DNA from: Macrostomum lignano | Taxonomy: Eukaryota | Reading direction: 5' to 3' | DNA: 64,000 nucleotides | Assembly (NCBI GenBank): GCA_002269645.1 | Contig: NIVC01000363.1 | Span: 310,001 to 374,000 of the forward strand | Part shown: positions 1 to 17,504 of the stretch, piece after piece | Layout: every line of letters begins with the position of its first letter | How positions within the stretch are numbered: the stretch's first letter is position 1 | Notes under the pieces: generated by a model | Database searches by the model: none | What the model was told of the DNA's origin: nothing | The model's input: only the letters and a program-made list of their open reading frames with translations | Program-made: the position numbers and the translations under genes

Positions 1-119
1 TGTGCAACAACAACAACAACAACAAATTAAATACATGTACATTCTCAGCCAGTCAAGCATAGGACAAATGTCACAGGGCGCGCTTCCAAGGCCTCGGAGC
101 GAAATATGTACATGTAGGC

Positions 120-1030
120 CGCAACGCCGCAGTGTCGTGTCCCCGGGCACAGGCATCAGCCATGGCAGACAGTCGTCGAAACGCCTACGAGTGCGCGCCT
201 GCCTCCGCCGGTAGGGTGCCTGCAGCGTCAGCAGCAGCAGAACCTCCTACACCACGGCTGCGGGCAGAACATGTACATATGGATCGTCTCGGCTCGGATA
301 TGGCTTGCCTGCAGCTGGAGTTGGCGACGGCGCAACAGTTCGCTAGGACGGAACAGGCCGCGCGGTGTGGCGATAGAATACCGCATTGGGTAACACGCTC
401 GTAAGCAATCTTGAAAAAAGGCGGCACGCAGCAAGTCAGCGTGCGCCGCATCGACCTGCTGTTTGAGCGCGATTCCGTCAGCGTTCAGGTCTCGGCGTTG
501 CACAGCAGACGGTCTCGATCACCGACTAGAACAACGCCGCGCGCCCTCTGGCGTGGTTAGACAAGACCTCGGACTGCAGGAAAGCCCTAACGGAGCGGAA
601 TTAGGCAGGCCAGGCAAGGCCCCGGCGGCGTCGCAGGTCCTCGCGATAGAACGTCAGGCACCAGCAGACCGCCAAGGTAGACAAACTGGTGACAGCGCGG
701 AAGCCTCGTCACCTGTTTCGTCAGCGCCTCGACGTCAGAAAATTGCAGCCAGCTCGATGTCGTCCGGCACGCAGAGCGGGACGGTCTTCTCTGCGTGTGT
801 TGACCACCAGGCCGACACTCGCCGCAACGCTTACCAGCGGTCCAGCTGGCGCTGGGCGCCCTCGACGGTCGAGAACAGCAGGGCGAGATCGTCGGCGTAG
901 CCAAAAGCACGCTGATCCGCGTCGAACCACGCTTCACGGTCGTCGACCGCGTCACCGAGAAAGTCGTCGTCGTCATTGGAGGAAGAGCGATCCGCAGCCC
1001 ATTCAAGCAACCAGGACAAACAGTATAGGA
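120..1030 (-). mobile_element. Degenerate 5'-truncated non-LTR retrotransposon (RTE-like) reverse transcriptase C-terminal fragment
   Basis: Minus-strand frames give GYADDLALLFSTVEGAQRQLDR (RT YADD motif), VAASVGLVVNT, HQFVYLGGL and QARTRRFDDCL, with frameshifts and stops. Homologous to four other copies in the window. Confidence 0.85.
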
Positions 1031-1994
1031 ACGGCGTAACATATTTGATATACATGTACATGTAAGTATATCAAATGTACATATATACACATACTCTCCC
1101 ATAGCCTTTGGCAGGACAGTGGACTGGTATTGTACATGTAAGAGCTGAATCTGCTTTATTGATTGACATGTGCATGCCAGTACATACTTTTTATACATGT
1201 ATGTTGCACCATGCATGTATTAGGCTCCCGAAGGACTTACAAGGATTAACTCGTCCATAATTTGCATGTGCTTCACAATTCTCCTCACTGTCTACGAGCT
1301 ATGTAAGTCTTGTAACGAGTACATTTAATAGCATAGCAGCGAATGTTTGTATAGTGCAATTAACAAATAATTAGTAGTCAAACGAATTATGAGATAATGA
1401 ATTAATTACTATGTGACAGGAATATGTAATTACGGCATGATTACATGAACGAAAGAGAAAAAAAACATTTTACGTTGTTAAAAGAAATTAATAATGTTTT
1501 GACGAATTAGTTTGTATTTGAAGTCTTTAAAAAGCGATTACAAGCAAACCGTATTTACATGTAGATACAATCGCGTAAGCACTGAGTATGTGTACATATG
1601 TTCGTGTATATATTAGCGTGTTATATGATATTAAACATTTTGCATAAAACAATTAGTGGAGCCGCATTGAAAAAAGCACACGAAACGAAGAAAAATTATG
1701 ATAAACAATTACTTAAAATTACGCCTGTGATGCTCTGCATTAAAATGTGTGTATTCAAGGTACTCCTAAACAATATGTACATGTAAGTGTCTTGTTTAAA
1801 TTCGAAAACTCAGGAAAATGAAACAAATGAGCCACAACATACGTACTAGGCATGCATTTTAAAAATTATCGTTGCAAGCAGGTGTTGCTTTAAAATCCTC
1901 TATCAAAAGCTCCGGGTGGGCAAAATGAGTAGATTCTCGTAACTCAAAAGGAAATCCTGATTGCTGAAGGCTCAGAAAGTGGAGGGGTCGGGTT

Positions 1995-7214
<5,220 letters not shown>

Positions 7215-10200
7215 CTTGCGTGGAAATCTATGAGAAAAAAGAATAGAATTTTAAAGGATTTTGAGCAGCTGCAAGTTAATTTTAAGCTAGTTGAAACGAT
7301 AAAAATACCAATTAAGAAGGTAAATAATATTAATGTGGCAAAATTTTAAACTTAAGAAGTAAAAATCAGAAGCAGACGAATATTAAGTTTTTCGATGAGT
7401 GCAATAACATAATATTTTTTATTATTTTTATTTATAAACTTTTCTTTTGAAAGGTTATTATAAATAGAGTGCTAGTTTTAAAAAATAAAATGATTTTTTT
7501 TATCTTCTTAATTAATATTGTACAAATTATATACAAAAAAGATGATGTACTGCCAATGAGATTGTATTTATAATCTTTTTGACTTATTTAAAAAGAGAAA
7601 TTTCGTTTTTATGTTATAATATTTTTTCAACGAAAATCAAAACTAAAAAATGCGTCTAAAAAAGATTTTAAATCATTACTTTATAACTACCTGTCACCTG
7701 ACAAATTACATCTAAGTTTTAGAGCTTAAGTTAATTTACAGTGCACACAAGTGATGCTTCACATTTGCTTACCTTTCAAAGAAAAAAAATGGTTTCTTTG
7801 ATTTTTGTTGGTGCGGCTACAGAACGAAATTTACAGGAACTGAACAATTAATTAACAGCTGCTGCGGGATCTAGTTGATTCGTTCGTTGGATTTTGAAAA
7901 TTGTGTAGAAAAAGACGTTTATATATCGCCGATTATACATCCCTGTTAGCAGAACATTAACAAAATAGTTAGTATATTTTAATTTATGTTTTCCAAACTT
8001 GAATGTAAAGCCTCTAAAACTAATTTTTACCTTGTTTTTGTTTTTTATTTTGAATCATTTAATATGATTAGGGCAAGTAGTATTAACGAAAAACAAATCT
8101 TTGCTCTCGGAGCACTTGACAATTTTCTTGACATTGGCAAGGTGATTTTGTGTTGCTAAGTCTAAAGATTTTTGTTGAACGTTGTAACTCATATTTGCAT
8201 TTACTGAAACGGTTAAGTTATGTTTTAGGTTAGCACTTCTATTGCTTTACAGAATTAATTGGAGCTAAAACGAACGTCTCACATCGTTTTTGATGAGGAA
8301 TTTATGGACTTACATGTATGCAGATATCTTCTTGAGCCGAGGAACGAATTTAAACTTCAATTAGTAGAATATGCAACGTCAGACTGACGTGCAGCACACT
8401 TTACAGTGTACATCTCCACACTTCAGTCCTTTGAAGGAGGCTCGTACGCGTAATCAAATACCCATATTACTATATTATAGCAAGCTATATACATGTACTG
8501 TAATGCGCGGTGGTCCGAGATCAATACCGAGAATAGGTAAATGTGAGTGTCTCTATCTTATTTAGGATCAATTTAGCATTAAAATTACTAATAAAAATAC
8601 ACGCGGGGATCGACGTACATGTACGTAGAGTTACATGTGATTGTACATGTATACACGTATGTAAAATTCATTTGGACAGCCGTCATATAGAATGCATGAA
8701 ATGCAAAAACGAAATTATGAAATATAAGCACCATGTCAATGTTTAAAAATATTTAAAAGCGCACAGCTAGCTGTTCTCAAAATGTTGATACGGACTATAC
8801 TACTGTGTGCAGTACATGTACGTGCATCTACAGTATCTACATGTACGCAACGCAAACTTCACCAGAGCGATATACTTCACGTTGATATACATCTATCTAC
8901 ATGTACATGTAACCCCTGGTTATACAGTATATATTCACACGCACATGTACATGTACATAGTTTCACATGTGTAGCATTGCAATTTTGAACATACAGCTGT
9001 AGTCATCACAGGATTGAAAGAAGCGTAAGACGCAATCGAAAAGATATGTTTTATATCAATTTTACTCGTCCTTGCTGTCTCCTGCTGTACCGCCCAACAC
9101 TCGATCCTGCTATCTCTCCGTCTAGGTACGATCGCGTACCTGCGACTGTCCGTGCAGTATAGTTTCCCGCGCCCCTGTCTTAATTGTAACCACCGACCCC
9201 TAAATTCCTCTCCACATCCTCCTACATGTATATAGTTGTCTTTCTATGGTACAAAATCTGGACTTTCCTACTAGTTTTAATAACCGCTGATACTGAACGC
9301 TTTAACATCTATAGCAACAAAATTGCTCACAATCAGTACATTTGAGAAAATAAAAGTACCAGCTGTCACTGCGGACCGGAAGCAAGCCAGGGAACCGGGG
9401 TTGACAGACTGCTGTACAGGGGTCCTCACGTCTGTCTGGTAAAGGTCAAATGATCATACTCTATATAGCTATACACCCTCTAAGTAAGTGCCAGGCAACC
9501 AGTAGTGCTATGAAGCCATGCAGTGCTCGGAGTGACGCTTCTGATGAGCGGAATCCCATCGGAAGAAGTTCGAGAGTCGAGTCCTTATGTGGCCGCATTG
9601 ACGATATTAGTGGGCGAGGCATGTCGCGGGTGTACTGTACATGTACTTCTGCGACTCTAGTATAGCTCGATAAATGGCGAGATTTATGCGAAATAGTGCG
9701 TTGTTTAGCGCCTGCTGCCCTTCATATATTGAGGAATACCACTCAGAAGGGAATTATATCTGTTTTAAGCAGATTTGGCCAGTTGTCACTACATGTATGC
9801 GCGTCACTTGATCCAAGGACAAGGCCATTCTTAACCAAAATTGGCAAGCTGCAGGAACCTGAAAACTTCTCTTCTACGAGATGCTACAATGCCCCCTGCA
9901 AATGTTGTATTAGTCTCAACTATTAATTATGCATTGAGCAAGTGCTCGCCTTCCCTCTCTTTTCTCTTCCCCTTCAAATATTTGATAGATCCCTTCTCCC
10001 GCTGACTCTCGCTGATTCGTTTTAACTATTATTTGCTTCTATATCTACTGCTATGCCTATACTCACTCTATCTTTCCTTCGTGTGCCCCTCAACTACTCA
10101 CGGAAATCTCTCTCCAGCGTTTACCCTGTTTACCCGCCACTACCCACTCTCTTATAATGCTACTAGTAGTGCTCATTTGCGTACATTTTTCTTACGAATT

Positions 10201-10551
10201 CATCTTTTCACCCAAGAGTCTAGTAAGATTCCCTCTCCATTTCTTCAATTTTTGACACCCCAACCTCATTAGCGTCATTGTCTATTCATGCATGTAAATG
10301 CGCCCATGGCCTTCAATTCTTCACTTTTCCACGCGTAACCCTCGTGATAATGTTATTTTTAGAAACAGTTGGGCCAATGACGTCAGAAGACCGGTGGCCA
10401 ATCAGGGAGAGGGAGTCATGGCAACAACTTTAGAGAGCATCACGGAGCTCACTTCGAACTACTCAGACTCCGATCTCTGGGGGCCAGGCAGCGTCATCTA
10501 CGACCTGAGGACAAAACCATGCAGCATCAGCTTGACTCAGCATCGGCTCTT

Positions 10552-10585
<34 letters not shown>

Positions 10586-10737
10586 TCTCCCTCTCTCCTG
10601 TCTATAATTATTCTTTTACTTACTTTTGGGTCTGTTTGCACTTTGCTTATTGTCAGAGACGCGAGTCTGCGTTTATTGTTTTCACCTTTTTTTAATCAAC
10701 AGCGAATATATTAACCGCAGTACAATGTACGTTCCCT

Positions 10738-10950
10738 GTCATTTTGTGTGTCTCGGCGGGCTCGTGCCGAACATCGCCAGCGACATGAGATGGAGACGCG
10801 GGCTGGCTTGAGCCTCCTTACGCTCGGTGCACTCGCGGTGCTGCGGAGCCACTACACGACCTGCTGTTTGTGGACGGCACAGGGACCAAGACGAGGCCAA
10901 GGGCGAACGACGCGCTACCCCGAGCTGCTTCTGAGGGATGCGAGAGCCCC
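10738..10950 (+). mobile_element. Internally deleted, degenerate copy of the RTE-like element
   Basis: HFVCLGGLVPNIASDMRWRRGLA joins directly to QGPRRGQGRTTRYPELLLRDARAP. Both segments match the 56960-57600 copy. Confidence 0.65.
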
Positions 10951-11889
10951 CCCGTTCTGACTCTGACTGAAGGAGCTGAATTTTTAAGAGGTACGGCTCA
11001 AAGGCGTGTGTTCCGACACCCCCTCCTCTGTGGCCACGGGCACGAGGCGTATTTTGCTGGGTTGTTGTTGCAGGTTGTTCAGATGATTGCACGTATAATT
11101 CAATCCTCTATTATTCATTTTCTTCATCTCAATGTTACTGACTTGCTAAGCTATAGGAAAAGCTTTGAACAGGAGGTGCCCAGCAGCGCTGTGAGTGCGG
11201 GAGTGTGAGTGACAGAGATGGCGTCGGAAAGGTTGCAAATTTCACAATGTACATAGGACACCTTAGACTTTGGAAACCATAGAGTTGTTCACGTTCCCTC
11301 ATACCACTCATAGTAGCCTAGACTCTGCATATTTCCGTCAGTCAAAAATGATCCCCTGCTGTAAAGGTTCTCTGGTTGGTGAAGCAGACTCCCGTCCCGA
11401 TGAGCGCCCAAACAGATTCGCATCTTCGGCTGTAGGTAGCTTTCCTCGCAATCCATCTTCCAATGCAATAAGTCCCATGAATTCTACTCTCGGGATGTAT
11501 ATACATGTAACTAGCAAAGCGAATCAAGTTTTCAAATAACAAATTCTTAGTATAGTGGAAAAACGTATGGCAAACGTTGCAATTGCAATTGACTCGATCA
11601 GTTCTGCTAATAAACTCACTGCACAGTTTACAGCACAGTGACTAAGATAAGCGCCTCGCACCAGTCAGTGCCAGAGAAGCTTCAATGAGCACTTTTACTT
11701 CTTTAATCTGTTGCTTTTATCTTTTTATATACTGTATTTGATGGCTCATGCGATAAGAGAAGTTTTTAGCTTGTTAATTCTTGGCGATTTTTTTAACTGA
11801 ATTCAGCCAATTCTAACAAAATCAGCAGTTCCTGTAAAACTACATGTAGCTCAGCTGTTTTCGAACTTTTCTGGAAATTGCTCTGTATT

Positions 11890-12545
11890 ATCTCTCTGAT
11901 CTCTCTCTGATCTCTCTCTGGTCTCTCTCTGCTCTCTCTCTGGTCTCTCTCTGGTCTCTCTCTGATCTCTCTCTGATGTCCCTCTGATCTCTGATCTCTC
12001 TCTGATCTCTCTCTGCTCTCTCTCTGGTCTCTCTCTGATCTCTCTCTGATGTCCCTCTGATCTCTGATCTCTCTCTGATCTCTCTCTGCTCTCTCTCTGG
12101 TCTCTCTCTGATCTCTCTCTGATCTCTCTCTGATGTCCCTCTGATCTCTGATCTCTCTCTGATCTCTCTCTGATCTCTCTCTCTGATCTCTCTCTGATTT
12201 CTCTCTGATCTCTCTCTGATCTCTCTCTGATCTCTCTCTGATCTCTCTCTGATCTCTCTCTGATCTCTCTCTGATCTCTGTCTGATCTCTCTCTGATCTC
12301 TTTCTGATCTCTCTCTGATCTCTGTCTGATCTCTCTCTGATCTCTGTCTGATCTCTCTCTGATCTCTCTCTCTCTGATCTCTGTCTGATCTCTCTCTGAT
12401 CTCTCTCTGATCTCTCTCTGATCTCTCTCTGATCTCTCTCTGATCTCTGTCTGATCTCTCTCTGATCTCTCTCTCTCTGATCTCTGTCTGATCTCTCTCT
12501 GATCTCTCTCTGATCTCTATCTAATATCCCTGATCTCTCTGATCC
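11890..12545. repeat. 11-bp (GATCTCTCTCT)n array
   Basis: Seen directly in the sequence. Confidence 0.95.
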
Positions 12546-13141
12546 GTCTAATACTGCTGTCACGAAGAATCAATTAAAAGGCTGTCTTAGAAACAATGTG
12601 CCTGTGGTGGCCAGGGCTTAGCAAAATTGGTGGCAACGCCTACTCGCTGCCTCCGGATGCGCGGAGCCCCCTGCAGCTACGAGCTAAGTCCAAGTAAAGT
12701 AAGTCAAACATAAAAACGCATCACTTTAACAAACATCACGTGACTTGGCGAGTTGAAATCTATAATAGGCAAAATTTCTAGAAGGCGCAACGTAGGCTGG
12801 CTCTACGTAGGGCTAAGCAGAAGCTTTAGACAGCTAAAAGAACATCACTTCGCTGAAATTTCTTATCAATTTCTGTTGATCTCTTGGCTGGGTGCGGCGA
12901 GAAATTTCAAAAGAAGCCATGTAATAAACCTGATATCGGGCAGCCGATACGACCTATTGGACCCGCGCGTTTCGCCAAGCACTGCGCTCAGAACACGCTG
13001 CCACCCTGTGGATACTTCGTTGTACTTTGATAACAGATTTCTATAAAAAGGCGGGCGCATTCTCAACCAAATTTTCGCCACTTTTTGCTCATTGGGTTTC
13101 GCACATTTTTACCCTTGAATCCAACACCCAGAGCCGCCGCA

Positions 13142-14004
13142 ATGTCCCAGTACTGCGTCGCTCCTCGCCTAGCAACCGATCCGACGGTTCGAGAATTCTC
13201 CGAAAGCTTCCAGTTCTTTGACGACGATGTGCTGGTGTCGACTTATCACAAATCCGGCACCACCCTGGCCCAGGAGATCGTGTCCTGCCTGCTGTACGGA
13301 GTGGAGAAGACCCGCGCCACCGACCAGGCCGTCCGGTCGCCTTTCATCGACTTCCGACCGCCGGGCGGAGCCGACCCGCTTGAGCAGGCCCGGGCCATGC
13401 CGAGCCCCGGGTGCTCAAGACCCACCTGCCAGCCAAGTACCACAGGCGGCACCTCAAGCAGGCAGGCGGCGGGCCAAAGAATGTCATCGTGATTCGCAAT
13501 CCTAAAGACGTCTTAGTGTCCAAGTATCACCACTTTCACGGCACCAAGACCTTCTCGGAGCAGGTGCCCAGCAAGTTCGAGGACTTCTGGCGGGCCATGG
13601 TCTACCAGCCGGCGAAGCACGGGCAGCCGGACTACTTCGACTTCAACCTGGGCTGGTGGGCCCTGCGCGACCACCCCCGGGTGCTGGTGCTGTTCTACGA
13701 GGACCTTCTCGTCGACAAGGCCACCCAGGTCCGCCGCCTTGCCGACTTCATCGGCGTAGAGCTGACCGACCAGCTGTTGAAAGACACGCTGGAGGCCACC
13801 AGCTTCCAGGCGATGCGAGACAACCCGAACGTGAACGTCAGTCGCGGTGGCGAGACCGACGGCTGGAAGGCCGGCGTCAGTTTCATTCGTCGGGGCGAGA
13901 TCGGCGATTGGAAAAATCACCTGACTGTGGCCGACAACGAAGAGTTGGACAAGGCGATTGCCGAGCGGATGTCCGGCTCCGAAATCCAGTTTGTGTACGA
14001 GTGA
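13142..14004 (+). CDS. Intronless cytosolic sulfotransferase (SULT family) with a single-base frameshift near 13408; sequencing error or recent pseudogene
   Basis: 5'-PAPS loop TYHKSGT, catalytic KTH, 3'-PAPS RNPKDVLVS and C-terminal RRGEIGDWKN. The two halves sit in different frames, joined at ccccggg (13405-13411); adding one C restores PSPRVLKTHLP. Confidence 0.9.
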
Positions 14005-14344
14005 GCTCGCCTTGATTACTCCGAACTCCTAGGGTGAAGGGACCTGGACACTGGGGCCTGTACAGACTTTTCCATGCCCAACACTCAACAGATATTATTT
14101 TATTTTATTGTGAAGGTCGACTTTTTTCTATTAAAACTTTATTCAAAAACCAATTGAAAAAATAAGAACGTTAATAAACTGTTGTATTACAATCACTATT
14201 CCGGAAAATTTTAGTGAGGCGGTTCTTTTTTTCGTTTCTTTGTTGGAGTAAATTTCTTCTAAGTACAATTTACTATAAATATGATATTGTATGGATTTTG
14301 TTGTTTACCTACCTCTCCCTATAGCCAACCCATCCTACATCTGA

Positions 14345-14632
14345 TATGCTTCTCTCATTCTAGCTAGTCTACCTTATCCACTTCTCTCATTCTAGCTAGT
14401 CTACCTTATCCACTTCTCTCATTCTAGCTAGTCTACCTTATCCACTTCTCTTATTCTAGCTAGTCTACCTTATCTACTTCTCTCATTCTAGCTAGTCTAC
14501 CTTATCTACTTCTCTCATTCTAGCTAGTCTACCTTATCTAGTTCTCTCATTCTAGCTAGTCTACCTTATCCACTTCTCTCATTCTAGCTAGTCTACCTTA
14601 TCCACTTCTCTCATTCTAGCTAGTCTACCTTT
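14345..14632. repeat. 32-bp minisatellite, ~9 copies
   Basis: Unit cttctctcattctagctagtctaccttatcca. Confidence 0.93.
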
Positions 14633-15119
14633 ATTCTTCGTTTTGGTCTACTTCTCGCCCTCTACCCTATCTACCTCTTTTTTAACCAACGTCTCTCCTC
14701 CAATCAAGTGTCATGGCTACTTTATCTTTTACAGTACATAATAGTTTCTCAAATAGAATAGAAATTACCTGCTTAAAATACGGAGATATTGCTAACATTG
14801 CCGATATTGCTAACAGCAGCGAAGTGCTTTCTAAATTTCTGTTTGCCGAAACTCGCATTGTCTTCCGTCAGCTTGTAGTCCCAATTATGGATAACTCCAT
14901 ATCGGCAAGCAGGTAAAACGTGTCTGCACTTTTATTCCGACAGCTCTAATTGTATTGCAGGGATAATGTAATAATGGATAGCTGAAGTAGAAGGAGGTTT
15001 ACACTCGAGTTTCTTAAAAATGAGTTGGAGGCCGGAGAGGAATGTCATATTTGTCGTATAGCCAGTGAATTTAGTATGCTCTCTACTAAAGAAAACGCAT
15101 AGAACTGAATGAGGTTTCG

Positions 15120-15660
15120 CCATAGACAACACCAAAGTACGCAGGTCCGCATGCAGGTTCACAGTTAGCGCGCTGCAGCAGCCTGAGAGCCGACAAAGTT
15201 CGCTCCGTTGGCAGTGTCGGGCGCCCCAGCGTCGCACAGCAGGCAGTCCACGTATCGACGGGTTCGGGCCTGACCGGCCCTGCAAGGTGAGCAGCAGGAC
15301 GTCCTGAACAGGTTGGGGGCAGTAGCCCTCGGCCCGGATCACGTGGCCCGCCAGTTGAAGTCGCCACCGGCGCAGGATGGTGGACGGGCGCTGCAGCTTG
15401 GCCCCTTCGTACAGGGCCTCGGTCCCGACGCCCTCGTCAGCTCGAAAGGCTCGGATCGAACGGAAGCTACGCCGCCCAGACGAGTCCTCTGCGCCGCCGG
15501 AGGTCCTCCTCCACGTGGGGCACCAGACCGCCGAGGTAGGTGAACCGCTGGCAGCGTGCGAGCCTGGTCGTCTTCCTGTCGCCGCGGCACGTCAGGTCCG
15601 TTAGGATGTCGGCCGGCACAGCCAGCACCTCGGATCTTCAGCCGACGCTCGATGCCACCT
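15120..15660 (-). mobile_element. 5'-truncated RTE-like element copy
   Basis: HVIRAEGYCPQPVQDVLLLTLQG is shared with the 56960-57600 copy, as is the short 3' tail. Indels and stops are present. Confidence 0.85.
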
Positions 15661-16121
15661 CGACCAGCCTGAGGACAGGAAATAGTTGGAGTTGCAGGGA
15701 CTGGGAGCAACAGGCGCCTAACCGCGCTACGGAGTCGGTTGGTTGGTGTACCTTGGTTGGTGTTCAAGGTAAAAATGCGCAGTTTGATAAAAAGTACAGA
15801 GTTAACTTCTGTCTTGAATATTCAAATTTAGACGACGACTATTTTGCGTATGGCCGCTCTCTTTACCTCTGCTTCCCTTCTCGTGGGCCACTAATTGAGT
15901 TCATGCTCTCCAACTTCTCCTAAAAGCAGGCGTCTTAGTGAGAAACTGCCGTGATGGGGGAGGGGAGACTGGAACAGGTAAATATAAGGAGCAGCTCTTC
16001 TTGAGTGACACGTGCCAGAATGATGTCGCTTCGGCGAAGAAAATCACGACTTCCAGCAGAGTCGAGAGAGGCGACATCAAAAAATCAGTAACGGGTCGGG
16101 GAGGGGAGGGAAATGCCACGA

Positions 16122-17050
16122 TAACTCTGCTGGATTAGGCGATAACTCTGCTGGATTAGGCGATAACTCTGCTGGATTAGGCGATAACTCTGCTGGATTA
16201 GGCGATAACTCTGCTGAATTAGGCGATAACTCTGCTGGATTAGGCGATAACTCTGCTGGATTAGGCGATAACTCTGCTAGATTAGGCGATAACTCTGCTG
16301 GATTAGGCGATAACTCTGCTGGATTAGGCGATAACTCTGCTGGATTAGGCGATAACTCTGCTGGATTAGGCGATAACTCTGCTAGATTAGGCGATAACTC
16401 TGCTGGATTAGGCGATAACTCTGCTGGATTAGGCGATAACTCTGCTGGATTAGGCGATAACTCTGCTAGATTAGGCGATAACTCTGCTGGATTAGGCGAT
16501 AACTCTGCTGGATTAGGCGATAACTCTGCTAGATTAGGCGATAACTCTGCTAGATTAGGCGATAACTCTGCTAGATTAGGCGATAACTCTGCTAGATTAG
16601 GCGATAACTCTGCTAGATTAGGCGATAACTCTGCTGGATTAGGCGATAACTCTGCTGGATTAGGCGATAACTCTGCTAGATTAGGCGATAACTCTGCTGG
16701 ATTAGGCGATAACTCTGCTAGATTAGGCGATAACTCTGCTAGATTAGGCGATAACTCTGCTGGATTAGGCGATAACTCTACTGAATTAAGCGATGATCCT
16801 ACTTAATTAGACGATAACTCTACTACTGAATTAGGCGATGATTCTACTTAATTAGACGATAACTCTACTGAATTAAGCGATGATCCTACTTAATTAGACG
16901 ATAACTTTACTACTGAATCAGGCGATAACCCTACTGAATTAGGCGGTAACTCTACTGAATTAGGCGGTAACTCTACTGAATTAGGCGATAAAACTATAGT
17001 CAATTAGGCAACAACTCTACTACTGAATTAGGCGGTACTCTACTGAATTA
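16122..17050. repeat. 21-bp minisatellite (GATAACTCTGCTGGATTAGGC), ~31 near-perfect copies followed by a degenerate tail
   Basis: Seen directly. Homogeneous to ~16780, diverged to ~17050. Confidence 0.97.
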
Positions 17051-17504
17051 GGCGCCAAATCATTTATCCGATCTGCAAGCAATATAGAAGACATTGTACA
17101 CGTGTACAGATCCCATTGAAAAGTTGCATTTAGTATAGATTTAGAATCACACGAGTTGAACACAAGAGGCTGAGGATGAGCCCCGGCTGCAGAATTTCTC
17201 AGAGAAGCAGAAAAAGAGATGGGAGAAGGGGAGGGGGTTTAGAGCACACACAGGCCTCGCCTCTCTGATCGGAAGGGGGTTTGTTCTGTAGCTAGCTCAC
17301 AGCAATATGCAGCAGCCTCTCTGTTCCCTTCTAGAAGAGAGTCAAAAAGCAACGCAGAAAAGCAGGAGGCCATCCCTCTCCCCCCCTCTCTCTCTATTCA
17401 CACAATACGAGCTATCGGAGCCGTGTACCAGAGCCTTCCTGGCCGACAACAATTGAGCGAATTCTCCTCTAGCTAGTGCTGCAGATTTCTACCTCTGTAT
17501 AATA

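Noticed and set aside
11793-12563. 256-aa ERSERDQR ORF
   Set aside because: Translation of the 11-bp CT-rich array.
16122-16780. TTAGGC within the 21-bp unit, resembling a nematode telomere repeat
   Set aside because: It is embedded in a longer unit and is not a hexamer array.
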